Shown: in pieces, positions 24,796 to 35,122 of the stretch | Layout of the letters: each line of letters begins with the position of its first letter | Position numbering within the stretch: the stretch's first letter is position 1 | Origin: Guillardia theta CCMP2712 | Taxonomy: Eukaryota; Protista; Cryptophyta | Direction: 5' to 3' | DNA: 64,000 nt | Assembly (NCBI RefSeq): GCF_000315625.1 | Contig: NW_005434625.1 | Location: forward strand, 327,726 to 391,725 | The notes under the pieces: model-generated | The model's input: the letters and a program-made list of their open reading frames with translations, nothing else | Databases searched by the model: none | Told to the model about the DNA's origin: nothing | Translations under genes and position numbers: made by a program

Positions 24796-25270
24796 AGCGC
24801 CTGTGGCGATGTGTTGCGAGCTGCCGATTCTCAGCCAACTAGCTTGAAGCCGCAAGTGAATCTCGCATCAGGGATCGACGACTGAGATCCTCTGTGAGCA
24901 TGACCGGGTTTGACGGTGTCGGCCTTCGGAATCATACAGGATCAGCCAGCTCAGGCCCTTCTTTCTCCTTCCTCTCTCCCTCTCCCTCCCTTCCTCACTC
25001 CTCTCTGCCTCTCCGCCCTCTCCCTTCTCCTCTCTGCCTCTCCCTCCCTTCTCCTCTTCCGCTTCCTCCCTGACTTCCTGTCGCCGGGGTCTTCAATGCA
25101 TCGTTAGCCTGAAATCCTACCCCTACCCCCAGATTCTCAGTGTCATCTTCACCCTACCCCTCAATTGATACTAACAAGGTCTGTACAAGACGGGTGATGA
25201 CACTACCCACCACCACAACGTACATTCTCGGTTTATAAACAGTGGGGGACCACATCTAATAGATTCCGGT

Positions 25271-25344
25271 GCCGTGGTGGCGCAGTTGGTAGTCGCGTTG
25301 GTCTCATAATCCAAAGGTCATGGGTTCGATCCCCATCCGCGGCA
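25271..25344 (+). tRNA. tRNA-Met(CAT), elongator type
   Basis: Acceptor stem GCCGTGG/CCGCGGC plus A; D arm with AGTTGGTA; anticodon loop CT-CAT-AA; T arm ATGGG-TTCGATC-CCCAT. The G1:C72 pair and the TTC T-loop argue against an initiator tRNA. Confidence 0.93.
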
Positions 25345-25574
25345 ATGAGAAACGCCTGGGTCTTTATTTTTACCAGATGAATTGGCTTGGCTTGACGATG
25401 GCATGGACGGAACTCAAGGACGGCACACCTGACGGCACACACATGAAACGCCTGGCTGTTTATCAGCATCTAGTTTTTTGATGGATCAGACTACAATCAT
25501 GGCTGAAGCTAAGCCTACGGTAAGGGAACGTACGTGCAACCGTTCGTATCCCTGCAGTGCGGTGGCGACCTCAC

Positions 25575-28500
25575 TCATCCAGTGACGGCTCCTCTGCCCA
25601 CAAGCAAACTCTTGTAAACTGTTGGCAGAGCATCCTCCCTCAGCTGGGCCCCTCCACATATAAGGCTCCTCTCCTCCCGGTTGAAATCATGTGCCAGAAG
25701 AAAGTCGACCCCGTGACCCGTCCAAGCTGGCCTCGACCAGACCTTGACACTCCCATCTTCCGACCCTGTGGCGATACAACTCCCGTTCTGACCCCACGCT
25801 AAGTCCTGCCCGGCCAGCACTTGGTGTACCTCCCACGTCTCTGTGTCGATCAGTCTCACGCCCCCGTCACCAGACACGGACGTTGCGATTGTGCTCCCGT
25901 CCTGTGCCCACGCCACCCTCTCCACAGCTCCGTCGTGTCCACTGAGCACCTGCAAGCAGCTCTCCGTCTCCACATCCCACACTCGCACTGTCTTATCGAC
26001 TGAAGCCGAGGCAAGCCTCCGGCCGTCCTGCCCCCACGCTATGCTTGTTACATGATTTGTATGCCCCTCAAGCCCCTTGTGGCACCTGCCCGTATCCGCA
26101 TCCCACAACCGGACGATATGATCGTTGGATCCGGAGGCGATAGTCCTCCCATCCCACAGCAAACAGGTTACTGCCCCTTCATGACCCTCGAGCGTTAGGA
26201 TGCATTCCCCTGTCGCTGTATCCCACACTCGTACTGTGCTATCGTCAGATCCTGTAGCAAGCCTCCTTCTGTCTGGCCCCCACGCTATGCATCTTAGCCT
26301 CCTTCCATGTCCTTTGAGTACATGAATGCATCTTCCCGTCTCAAGATCCCAAACCCTCGCTGTGTCATCCCATGCTCCAGAAGCCAGCCTTTGTTCGTCC
26401 TGCTCCAAGGCAACGCACGTCACCTCATCGGTATGACCACTCAGCACATGCTGGCACCTCCCTGACTCCACATTCCACACTCGCGCGGTCCAATCACTTG
26501 ATCCCGAGACGACCGTCTTCCCGTCTTGCCCCCATGCAACCATCTTTACTCCTCCTGTGTGTCCAACGAGAATCTGTCGACACTCCCCTGTCTCCACGTC
26601 CCACAATCTTATGGTCTTGTCTTCCGACCCCGAAGCGATCATCCTTCCTTGAGTCCCCCACACAAGGCACGTCACCCTCCCTTCGTGTCCCTCCAGCCGC
26701 TGTAGTCGTTGGCCGGTATCCACGTCCATCTCCCGCATCACTCCATCTTTAAACAGAGCCGTCAAGCATGAGCCCTGCAGTGTGAAAGTGATACAGGATG
26801 CTTTGTGCTGGAGCACCTGGCGACACTCCCCGGTCTCTATCTCCCACAACCGCACTGTCTTATCATGTGGCGATCCAGAGGCTATAATCCTGCCGTCCTG
26901 TGCCCACACGATGCTCTCTATGCTCTCTCTATGTCCCATGAGAACTTGTTGTAGCTCCCAGGTCTCGGCGTTCCATACTCGTATGGTCTTGTCTTCTGAT
27001 GCAGAAGCCAGCGATCTCCCATCCCACGACCATATCACACATGTTACGTATTCCTCGTGCCCATGCTTCCCTTCAAGCAACCGGCACAGCCTCCCACTGT
27101 CTACTTCCCACACTTGTATCGCCTTGTCTAAGGACCCGGAGGCGATCATCTTTCCGTCCGGTCTCCATGCTACGCTCGTCACCCCGCCTTCGACCTGCTC
27201 TTTCAGCTCCAAGCGGACCTCCCCCGTCTCCACATTCCATACCCAAACTTTTTTCTCGTTTGACGCGGCAGCGAGCATCTTTCCGTCAGGCCCCAGAGAA
27301 ACGGAATTGATGGTTTCCCCATGTCCAGCCAGCACTTGGCAGGCTTCTTCAGTCCAAGGCTCCTTCCATACTCTTGTTGTGCCGTTCTGTGACACAGCAG
27401 CCAGCATCCTTCCATCCTGACCCCACGATATGCTTCTTATCATTGTCTCGTGTCCTGGGAGCTCTTTCCAACACTTCCCTGTCTCTACACACCACAATCG
27501 TACTAGCCCATTTTTTGACCCAGTGGCGACCAATCTGCTGTCTTTGCTGAAGCTTCCGCACATCAATTTATTTGGACATGATATTTTCGGGTGGTCCTTT
27601 TCCCCGAAGTAGATTCCCTCATGACACGCTCCCTCCAGCATCGCCTTCTCCAAGTACGCATGGCTGGCGTTGGCTTCAGATAGATTCGCGTCCTGCAAGT
27701 TTGTGTGGTGAAAAATGCCGTTCCGCAGCATAGCACCCTGCATCCGCGCCCCCCTCAGGTCCAGCCCAGAGAGACTAACCCCAGCAGCTACTAGGATCGA
27801 TGCTGCATTCGCCGAGGCCCATCCCAAGTCCTCTCGAGCTTGCGGCAATAGATCCAGAAGCTTCTTCCTGTACCTGCTGTCGAACCTCACAACATCTGCG
27901 TGCTCCCTAATGGTCTCCGCGTCCTCACGCAAGTTCCGAATCCTCAGGGTCTCCGGAGCCTCGCCGGCCATTGGGTTTTGCTCCTGAAGCTCCTCAAACG
28001 TTCTCTGGGCCAGGAAGAAGCTACGAAATGAGTCATGTACGAAGCTGATCTCCAGTGCCTCTTTCTTGTTCTGCTTTCGCCTCGTCACCTGGGCTAGGCA
28101 TCCTACCAGCAGCCAGTACCCCAGCTCGTCTTCGAGTTTGCTTGTTCGAGCCGATATGCTGAAGGGATAATCGGACAAGAAGCCGTGCCGCCCTACCTCG
28201 AGTAGAAGATGGCGCTTGTCCTCTTTGAGCAACCTCAAGCTCAGAAACTGCGCTGCTTCGAAGAACTTCTCGACGATGTTCTCATCGTCCATGTCCGCTG
28301 TGCGGATCTTGTCTGCAAGTTGTGGCATCTTCTTGATCCTTTTCCACTCTCTCCAGTACATCTCCTTTGCATACTCGTTGTAGATGTCATGCCGAGTCAT
28401 TCTGCCCTTTCGGTCTTGTCCATTTTGTCCATCAAATTTAGGAAGCGCCAGCAGCGTCACCTTCAACAAGAACGGGGTCGTGACGATGTGCCGGAGGTCT

Positions 28501-29846
28501 GAGCTGGCTGTCAATGCCTCCGTGTACTGCTGCTCACTCCATCCGCCAGCATTCTCTGGCTTCGAAACATGATATCTGATGTATTGACTCACCGGAGTGC
28601 GGTCTGACAAGCTCAACGGGCACAGCCAGGCAACTTGCAAGCGCCCGCTTGCTCCTTCCCCAGGCAGCCAAAACAGTCGCTCCGAGGATCCATCGCTCTT
28701 GAGGTAGTCGCTCCGACAGGTGACGATTGCCTTGAAGTCTTTACATCCTAATAGTTCTCCATGGATTTCCTCGATGACGTTCCTTCTCTCGCCCATCTCA
28801 TCATACCCATCCAGCACTACCAAGAAGGATTTGTTGCGGACGAAGTACCTGAAATCTTCATCCAAAAGCTCTGGTATTTTCAGATATTCTCCCTCTTCTT
28901 TCAAGAACTCCCTGACGCTTTTGCAACTCGGAAGGTGCAGATACACTGGATACAACTTGCTCTCCTCCCAGCTGCTACCTTGCCTTAAGATGTGCTTTTT
29001 CACTAGCGTTGATTTGCCAGCTCCAGCTTTGCCAAGCAGAAGAAGGACTTTCTTTTTCTGGCTCTGTAGAAAGTCTCTAATAAGCTGCTCGGAGTTGATC
29101 TTCGTGGTGACGCTGACAAGATCGGGATCTCTGTCGGCGCAACCTGTCTCAATAAAGCAGTCCTCGACCCCCTCCAAACTGATCGTTCTGTCTGCCTTCT
29201 CTATGATGGAGCGCAAATGCTTTGGCAGGCGATTGAACAGGTACTCTCGGTCCTTCTCTCGTTTGACCTCTCCTGTTGCGGGCTCTATCTTTCCGGCAAA
29301 GTCATACTGATGGCTGTAGCACCAGGCGTTGATTATCATGTTCGCCTTACGTGGCGCGAAAGGTCTTGACTGCATGGTCACGCAGTGGATGGAGATTGGG
29401 TGGTCCTTCCCGAGCTGTTCAACAGTTTTACAATCTTCCATCAAGAACTCGATCGAGTCTCTCCCATCTGTCCGTAGCTGGCCGTTGGGGTCGCCATGAA
29501 CACCTGTGTTGATGTGAATGGCTTGCTTGAGTTTTAACATGGCTTCCACGATCTCCTTCACATCATCTGCGTTGACTGGTTCTGAGCTTTCCCAGAGTAT
29601 CTGAGCATTCTTAGCGTTTGGGTTCGGAAGCGCGTGTGCGAAGAAGCGGCGGAGTTCAGACTGTTGGAGGACACATCGCCCAGAGGCGTTGGTTTCAACT
29701 CCGAGGATACCGGCGTCTGTTTGTAGATCATACCATGGTCCAGTTTGCAACCAGTCAGGGTGAGCTTGACGGAGAGGAGGGAGGGCATCAGGTCGGGTCC
29801 TCTGCCTGTCATGCTCGCTCTCTGACGTCGCTTCCCTCGTCCCCAT
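25575..29846 (-). CDS. Intronless NLR-like STAND protein: N-terminal predicted H/D/C peptidase, NACHT NTPase, pentapeptide repeats, ~15 WD40 repeats
   Basis: Single ORF of ~1423 aa from ATG 29846. Walker A LLLLGKAGAGKST; Walker B FLVVLDGYDE; sensor IVTCR; TPFLL; ISFVHDSFRSFFLA; SANAASILVAAGVSLSGLDLRGARMQGAMLRNG pentapeptides; GH...W.QDG...ASGS.D.TVRVWD repeats; C-terminal LLVGRGA. Confidence 0.93.
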   Translation of the reverse strand: MGTREATSESEHDRQRTRPDALPPLRQAHPDWLQTGPWYDLQTDAGILGVETNASGRCVLQQSELRRFFAHALPNPNAKNAQILWESSEPVNADDVKEIVEAMLKLKQAIHINTGVHGDPNGQLRTDGRDSIEFLMEDCKTVEQLGKDHPISIHCVTMQSRPFAPRKANMIINAWCYSHQYDFAGKIEPATGEVKREKDREYLFNRLPKHLRSIIEKADRTISLEGVEDCFIETGCADRDPDLVSVTTKINSEQLIRDFLQSQKKKVLLLLGKAGAGKSTLVKKHILRQGSSWEESKLYPVYLHLPSCKSVREFLKEEGEYLKIPELLDEDFRYFVRNKSFLVVLDGYDEMGERRNVIEEIHGELLGCKDFKAIVTCRSDYLKSDGSSERLFWLPGEGASGRLQVAWLCPLSLSDRTPVSQYIRYHVSKPENAGGWSEQQYTEALTASSDLRHIVTTPFLLKVTLLALPKFDGQNGQDRKGRMTRHDIYNEYAKEMYWREWKRIKKMPQLADKIRTADMDDENIVEKFFEAAQFLSLRLLKEDKRHLLLEVGRHGFLSDYPFSISARTSKLEDELGYWLLVGCLAQVTRRKQNKKEALEISFVHDSFRSFFLAQRTFEELQEQNPMAGEAPETLRIRNLREDAETIREHADVVRFDSRYRKKLLDLLPQAREDLGWASANAASILVAAGVSLSGLDLRGARMQGAMLRNGIFHHTNLQDANLSEANASHAYLEKAMLEGACHEGIYFGEKDHPKISCPNKLMCGSFSKDSRLVATGSKNGLVRLWCVETGKCWKELPGHETMIRSISWGQDGRMLAAVSQNGTTRVWKEPWTEEACQVLAGHGETINSVSLGPDGKMLAAASNEKKVWVWNVETGEVRLELKEQVEGGVTSVAWRPDGKMIASGSLDKAIQVWEVDSGRLCRLLEGKHGHEEYVTCVIWSWDGRSLASASEDKTIRVWNAETWELQQVLMGHRESIESIVWAQDGRIIASGSPHDKTVRLWEIETGECRQVLQHKASCITFTLQGSCLTALFKDGVMREMDVDTGQRLQRLEGHEGRVTCLVWGTQGRMIASGSEDKTIRLWDVETGECRQILVGHTGGVKMVAWGQDGKTVVSGSSDWTARVWNVESGRCQHVLSGHTDEVTCVALEQDEQRLASGAWDDTARVWDLETGRCIHVLKGHGRRLRCIAWGPDRRRLATGSDDSTVRVWDTATGECILTLEGHEGAVTCLLWDGRTIASGSNDHIVRLWDADTGRCHKGLEGHTNHVTSIAWGQDGRRLASASVDKTVRVWDVETESCLQVLSGHDGAVERVAWAQDGSTIATSVSGDGGVRLIDTETWEVHQVLAGQDLAWGQNGSCIATGSEDGSVKVWSRPAWTGHGVDFLLAHDFNREERSLICGGAQLREDALPTVYKSLLVGRGAVTG

Positions 29847-30097
29847 CGCTTTTCCCACCAGACCGCAGCGAAGCCGCGACCTTTTGGTGGTAACGGAATC
29901 AGATAACGGTTAGCCTCCGCAGCCGCTGTTGAGGCGGGTTTGTTGGAAGAACATTTTGATTTGGCGATCAAACTTTGATGGGCCCCCGTTGAGCAGGCGG
30001 TTCAAGCGCGAGAAGGGGAGGCTGAGGTGGAGCCTGGCACAAGCTCTGTCGATGCGACCGACGGATATGAGGGAGAGAAGAGGAGAGAGCTGAGAGC

Positions 30098-32134
30098 ATG
30101 AGCTCTGCCGATGATCGTGAGGAGCGCGGGAGCTCCGACGACAACCCGCGGTGAGCTTCGTCCCTGGCTTGCGTTTCCTTCCTCAATGGCAGCAGATCTC
30201 CGGCATTTCTGACTCCCGAGTCCTCCTTGTCCTCGACGGAGTATCACACGCCCTCCAGTCGGCCCACAACGCCCGCCAGAACCAGTGCTGCTTCTCCGTC
30301 GAGCTTCTTCAGCCCGGATGACGAGCTCATCACTGTCAAGCTCAATGAGCGAGTAGATCCACAGCCTCCAAGAGCAGCATGTTTTTCTTGACCTTGCTCA
30401 CAGACCAAAGTGCTGAATCCCTTGCGCAAGACCTGCGCTCCCAGGGTCGTCCCTGATCGAGGATGTCTGATAACGCAGCTCTTAGTTACTATCTGGTGCC
30501 CGACCAGCGACGCTACGATCTACTACAATGCGGATGGCTCGGATTTCAACATGGATCACCTGAAACCCAGGAGGTACCAGGGCCCCTTCATGATCGAGTG
30601 CGACCTTCGAGGGCTTGCTTCTCAGCTGACGACTGCTCCTCCAGTACGTCCATGGCGATCGCTGGATCAGTTGTCGTGAAGGTGTGGAGAGGGAAATGCG
30701 CTGCGCTACTTTGATATACGCTCAGGCTATGGCTGTAGCACAGGGTAGAGCATTCTCAGATGTAGCAGTAGCAAGATTCACCGTGCTGGTGAGTCTGGAG
30801 CCGCTCGTAAGATGCTGAGATAAACAAGGCATTGTCAGGATTCAGGATCCCTCCTTGATATGGCTGAATCATCGACGAGAGAAGCCATCAGTAGACCACG
30901 GGTCGTTCAGAGGTATATCATCGATGTTGCAGTCACTCTTCATTCTCCAATTCTCATCCTCCAATATGATTGCCAACGGTGCTGACTTGCGCTCATCTCG
31001 TCGATTTCAAGCTTGCACAATTTCCTGATCAGAATTCAGAACAACTGGAGGGTTCACAGGGCGAGGAGTCATTTCTTAGAGTACAGGCATGCAGCTCTTG
31101 TGGTACAGAAGAAAGTCAGACAAGTGATGACGAAGGAGCTTCAAACGTTTGATCTCTCTCTTGACTTGCTCTCAGTGGCTGGCAGTGCTGCGAGTTTCAC
31201 GGATCAGGAAGCGCCTCTTGTGGGAGGGAAGGAGCTTACAAGTCGCTCGCGTTGTCATTAGACTGACCCTTGAAGTGACCTCTCCCCTGTCGTGCGCTGA
31301 CTTGCTGATGGCTGGAGCAGGGAGAAAGTGAGATTACCTTCACAGCAGACAAGCAGCTCTTGTTGAGGAGAGCCATTTGCAGTATTCTGAACGAAAGCAT
31401 CCACTGGTATGTCTGTTCTTGCTCTGGGCACGTTCTCTCGTACATGGTCCGACGTTGTGCCTACAGCCTCTTGGTACGCAAGGTAGAGCTGTACAAGCCC
31501 GATGGAGAGCGAGCAAGCAGACATGAACTAGGAGGAGGTGGTGATGATGAGCATCAAGAAGAGCATCAAGAAGAGCAGGACATGCCAGCAACACAACCAG
31601 TGAAAGTGAGAGTTGCAATGCTTGCGCTTATCCCGGCCGACCGTATCAAACGTTTCACTGTAAGAGCGTCGAATCCGCCACTTGCACCAGCTCAGATTTC
31701 GCAGGATCTTTTCAAGGACGGACTGGCGACTGGTGACCTGCAGGCGGCTATGGACGCTCAGGGGTTGACTTGCAAGACCGAAAGAGGGCTGCGGTGAGGG
31801 AGCGAGGGAGCGAGGGAGGGGGGAGGGGGAAAAATAGAAAGCTAATGAGATTCTTTGATGGACAGCGAGAAGAAAGGGAGCACACACGAGCATCGCAGGC
31901 GCAAGACGGAGTGGAGGCGCGTGTATGTGTCAGCTGACCGCTTTTACTACTGGAACAAGGTGAGCTGGTTAGCTGGCCTGGCCTTCTTGACCTCCGTCGA
32001 TCCATCAGGTTACAGGCAAGACTTCTTGGAAGAAGCCGACAAACCTGGAGCTGATGAATGTTTCTGACGATGAGATTCCTTTGGCAAGTAAGCAACGGAC
32101 ACGAGCGTCCACGAGCACCAGCAGCCGCGACTAG
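30098..32134 (+). CDS. Multi-exon protein with an Fn3-associated/chitobiase C-terminal-like domain, IQ-like motifs and a C-terminal WW domain
   Basis: VTIWCPTSDATIYYNADGSD...YQGPFMI...VVVK|AMAVAQGRAFSDVAVARF; IRIQNNWRVHRAR...AALVVQKKVR; TEWRRVYVSADRFYYWNK|VTGKTSWKKP. The start is approximate. Confidence 0.7.
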
Positions 32135-32229
32135 CCTAGCAGTGAGCTCTGAAGGAGTGTTCGACTTTCTTGTTCTATACAATGAGCGACTGAAATGTCC
32201 CAAACTGAACGAATTCAGCCTGAGAGCAG

Positions 32230-32745
32230 GCGATCACCGGCGTTCTTGACCGGGGGACCACCGGTGAAACTCAGTTTGACCGTATGAATTGGGAGCAAGT
32301 TTCAAGCCTTGAAGGGCATGGTAGTAGTCAACCGGCCCGCAATCACGCGGCAGTATGTCACGGTAGTTCCAGTCGATGCCCTTACCGGCTGGGGCCGGGC
32401 CCCCGATTCGCGCCGCCCTCCCGGGCCCGCCCGGGACTCGAGACGGTGTCACTTGTCATCCCGTGGGCCTGGTACGTCTGAGTCTCTAACTTGAATACGA
32501 TCCGACAATAATGCGGCCCTTGAAGAGCCGCTATGATGCCGTGCCGGCCCCCGACAGCCTGAGTCAGGGCCCCCGCGACTGCCGGACTCCCGAGTGCCGT
32601 CACGGTGCCGGGGCCGCTGCACTAAGTGCCCGGGCCGGCAGCGTTATCATGATCATGATCCGATCGGCGGCGGGTTGCCTTCAGCTGAGCCCGGCCGGGC
32701 CGGCAACGAGGCCCGTCCCGGCCTTGAGAGTCACTGCCGGTATAT
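32230..32745. repeat. GC-rich, palindrome-dense intergenic element
   Basis: Abrupt GC/CpG-rich segment with many short palindromes (CCGGGCCCG, GGGCCGGCCC, TGATCATGATC). The composition resembles 55740-56490. Confidence 0.5.
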
Positions 32746-32867
32746 AAAAAAAGTCAAAATCGAAATTTTGAATAGCTTCAAAATTTCAGCATGGTGCTGT
32801 GATAGAGAAGGAGGATAGGAGGCCCATCGAGGGGCGGCAGTGAGCAGAGGAAAGGCGTGCTAACACG

Positions 32868-35052
32868 ATGAACACAGACGTGAACGAGAGCGTCAGGTCC
32901 AACGAAGAGAGTACCTTGTTGGCCAAGACCAAGATCGCGCTGCAAGAGCACAAGAAGATGATTATGTTGCACCACCAGGATGCGGCAACGATCCAGAGGC
33001 TGGAGAGAGAAGTGGAGGAGCTCAGGAGCCGTGCTCTGAGACTGGAGGACGATCTGACGGCGACGCGGCAGAAGCTGGCGAGCTCTGAGTGGAAGAGACA
33101 CGAGCTGGCCAAAGAGCTGTTACAACAGTTCGAAAGGGAGCAGGAGGTTTTCATCAAGACGATCGCTGAGAAGGAGTTGATAATCTATCAGCAGCGAAAG
33201 AGTGTGACAAGGCTTCAGACAGCTCCTGAAGACATCGAGCTCTTGGCAAAGATTGCTTCGAGCTACGAGGCTCAACTTGCAACTCTTGAAGTCCTGCTCC
33301 ACCGTGCCTCTGACATGGTAGCCGCAAAGCTAGATCTTGGACGCTCCTTCACAGAAGAGATCCTAAACGCGATAGAAGAGGGAACAGAAGAGATAAGGAT
33401 GGAAATGAATCGCATCAAGTCTGAATCTTCTCTTGCAGAGAAAGAAATCACACATCTGCGGGGAAAGCTATTGGACTGTCAAATTGCTGCAAGTAATCTA
33501 AAGGAAGACAACATCAGATTGAATTACGACAAGCACCTGCTAGCGCTGCAGCTTGAGGAGATTTCAAGCGTTAGGAAACTGACAGAAAGTGAGTTCAAGG
33601 ATCTCAGACAGCAACACAACCTGCAGTTGACAGAGCTGGAGGAATGGCACAGGAAAAGAGAGTTTGAGCTGCTCTACAAGCTCGAGGAGGAGAGGTCCTT
33701 GCGGCACAACATGAACCAGAGCTTCAACGACCTCCATGCAACCCTCTCTTCACAAGCTAGTCTCCACCAGCCTTGTCATCGCTGTTCTGTTGGTGAGATT
33801 TCCTCGCATCCAGCAGCTTCATCGCCCGCGTGCCTGCTCTGCGGCCACTCGACCACTTGCTCTCCTCGCAAGGTTGGAGGAGAAAACAAGAAGACGCACA
33901 GAGAGACGCAGTGGGAGGAAGATGAGCACGTGGATCGAGGAGACGATGTGGCACAGCTAGTCGAGATGGTGGCCGGCAGGCTCGAGCACGAGCATGCAGT
34001 GCATATCAGGAGGTTGGAGGAGGAGATTCTGTTGCTGAGGTCGTCGATGGTGGAGGAGCAGGAGATGTTGTGCTACGAGCAGATGAACATGCAGAGCATC
34101 GACGAGAGCGTGAGGTTGTTGGAGTCAACTGCCTTTCAGCTGTCTCAGAGCGAGGCGAAGCTGCGAGCCCTGCAAGAGAAGTGCTCCTCCTCCTCCTTAC
34201 TGGCGATCGAGCAGAAGTTCTACTCCTCTCTCACCTCCTCCCACGTGTCGATTCTTCAAGACAAGGTAGTGGACATCGAGAAGACTCTGCTCCTCGCTCA
34301 GGGAGCCAGCCGGAGGGTGGAGGGCACCGAACCGGACAGAGGCAAGACCCTGAGGGCGTGGAGGAGGATGCGGACTAGGAGGGTCACGCAGAGAATCTTC
34401 TTGTCTTGGAGCAGATACGCAGTAGCCATGACGATGGTCGAGGAGAGGGTCAGCGACAGGTTGTCTTGCGATCAGTTCGCCTCCAATCTCCACGGGTTTG
34501 TGCGGTGGTTGAGCGTTTTGCAGCGCAGAAAGATCGTGCGGCGAGTGATGGAGGAGGAAAAGAAGCATCAGGGTGCCTTGCTTGCTAGTAGGATGCTCCT
34601 CCAATGGACCTCCACCGTTTCCTGCAGGAAGGAGGAAGAGGAGCGGAACAGCCTGCTGGCAAGATGCTGCGACTCCTGGAGGAAGAAAAGCGTGGAAAGA
34701 CGCTGCCTGCAGACGTGGATGGTGACGATGCTTGCTCCTTATGCTATCTTCTCATAGATGTGATCGATTTGCTACCAGACCATTCATGAAGTCATCAAGA
34801 GCTCGGCTGTGAGGTTGGACGGACTGTGGAGGAGGAGGACAAGGGCCGTGCTGCACAGCTTTGAGCAAGCATGCCAGTCGTCAAGGATGGAACGGGGAAG
34901 GAAGCGAGGTAGAGACGTTGCAAGCGCCTCCTTTTGTCTCATATGATGATGTAGATGCTTTGAGGCGAGCTGAGGCCCACAGGAAGAGAACGGTGCAGTA
35001 CAGAACCTCGAAGCTGATCGAAGCATGGCGCGTTCTCTCATTGTTTCCTCGG

Positions 35053-35122
<70 letters not shown>

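Noticed and set aside
25271-25344. Initiator tRNA-Met or tRNA-Sec (given the nearby selenoprotein)
   Set aside because: CAT anticodon, short variable arm, G1:C72 pair and TTC T-loop indicate an elongator Met.
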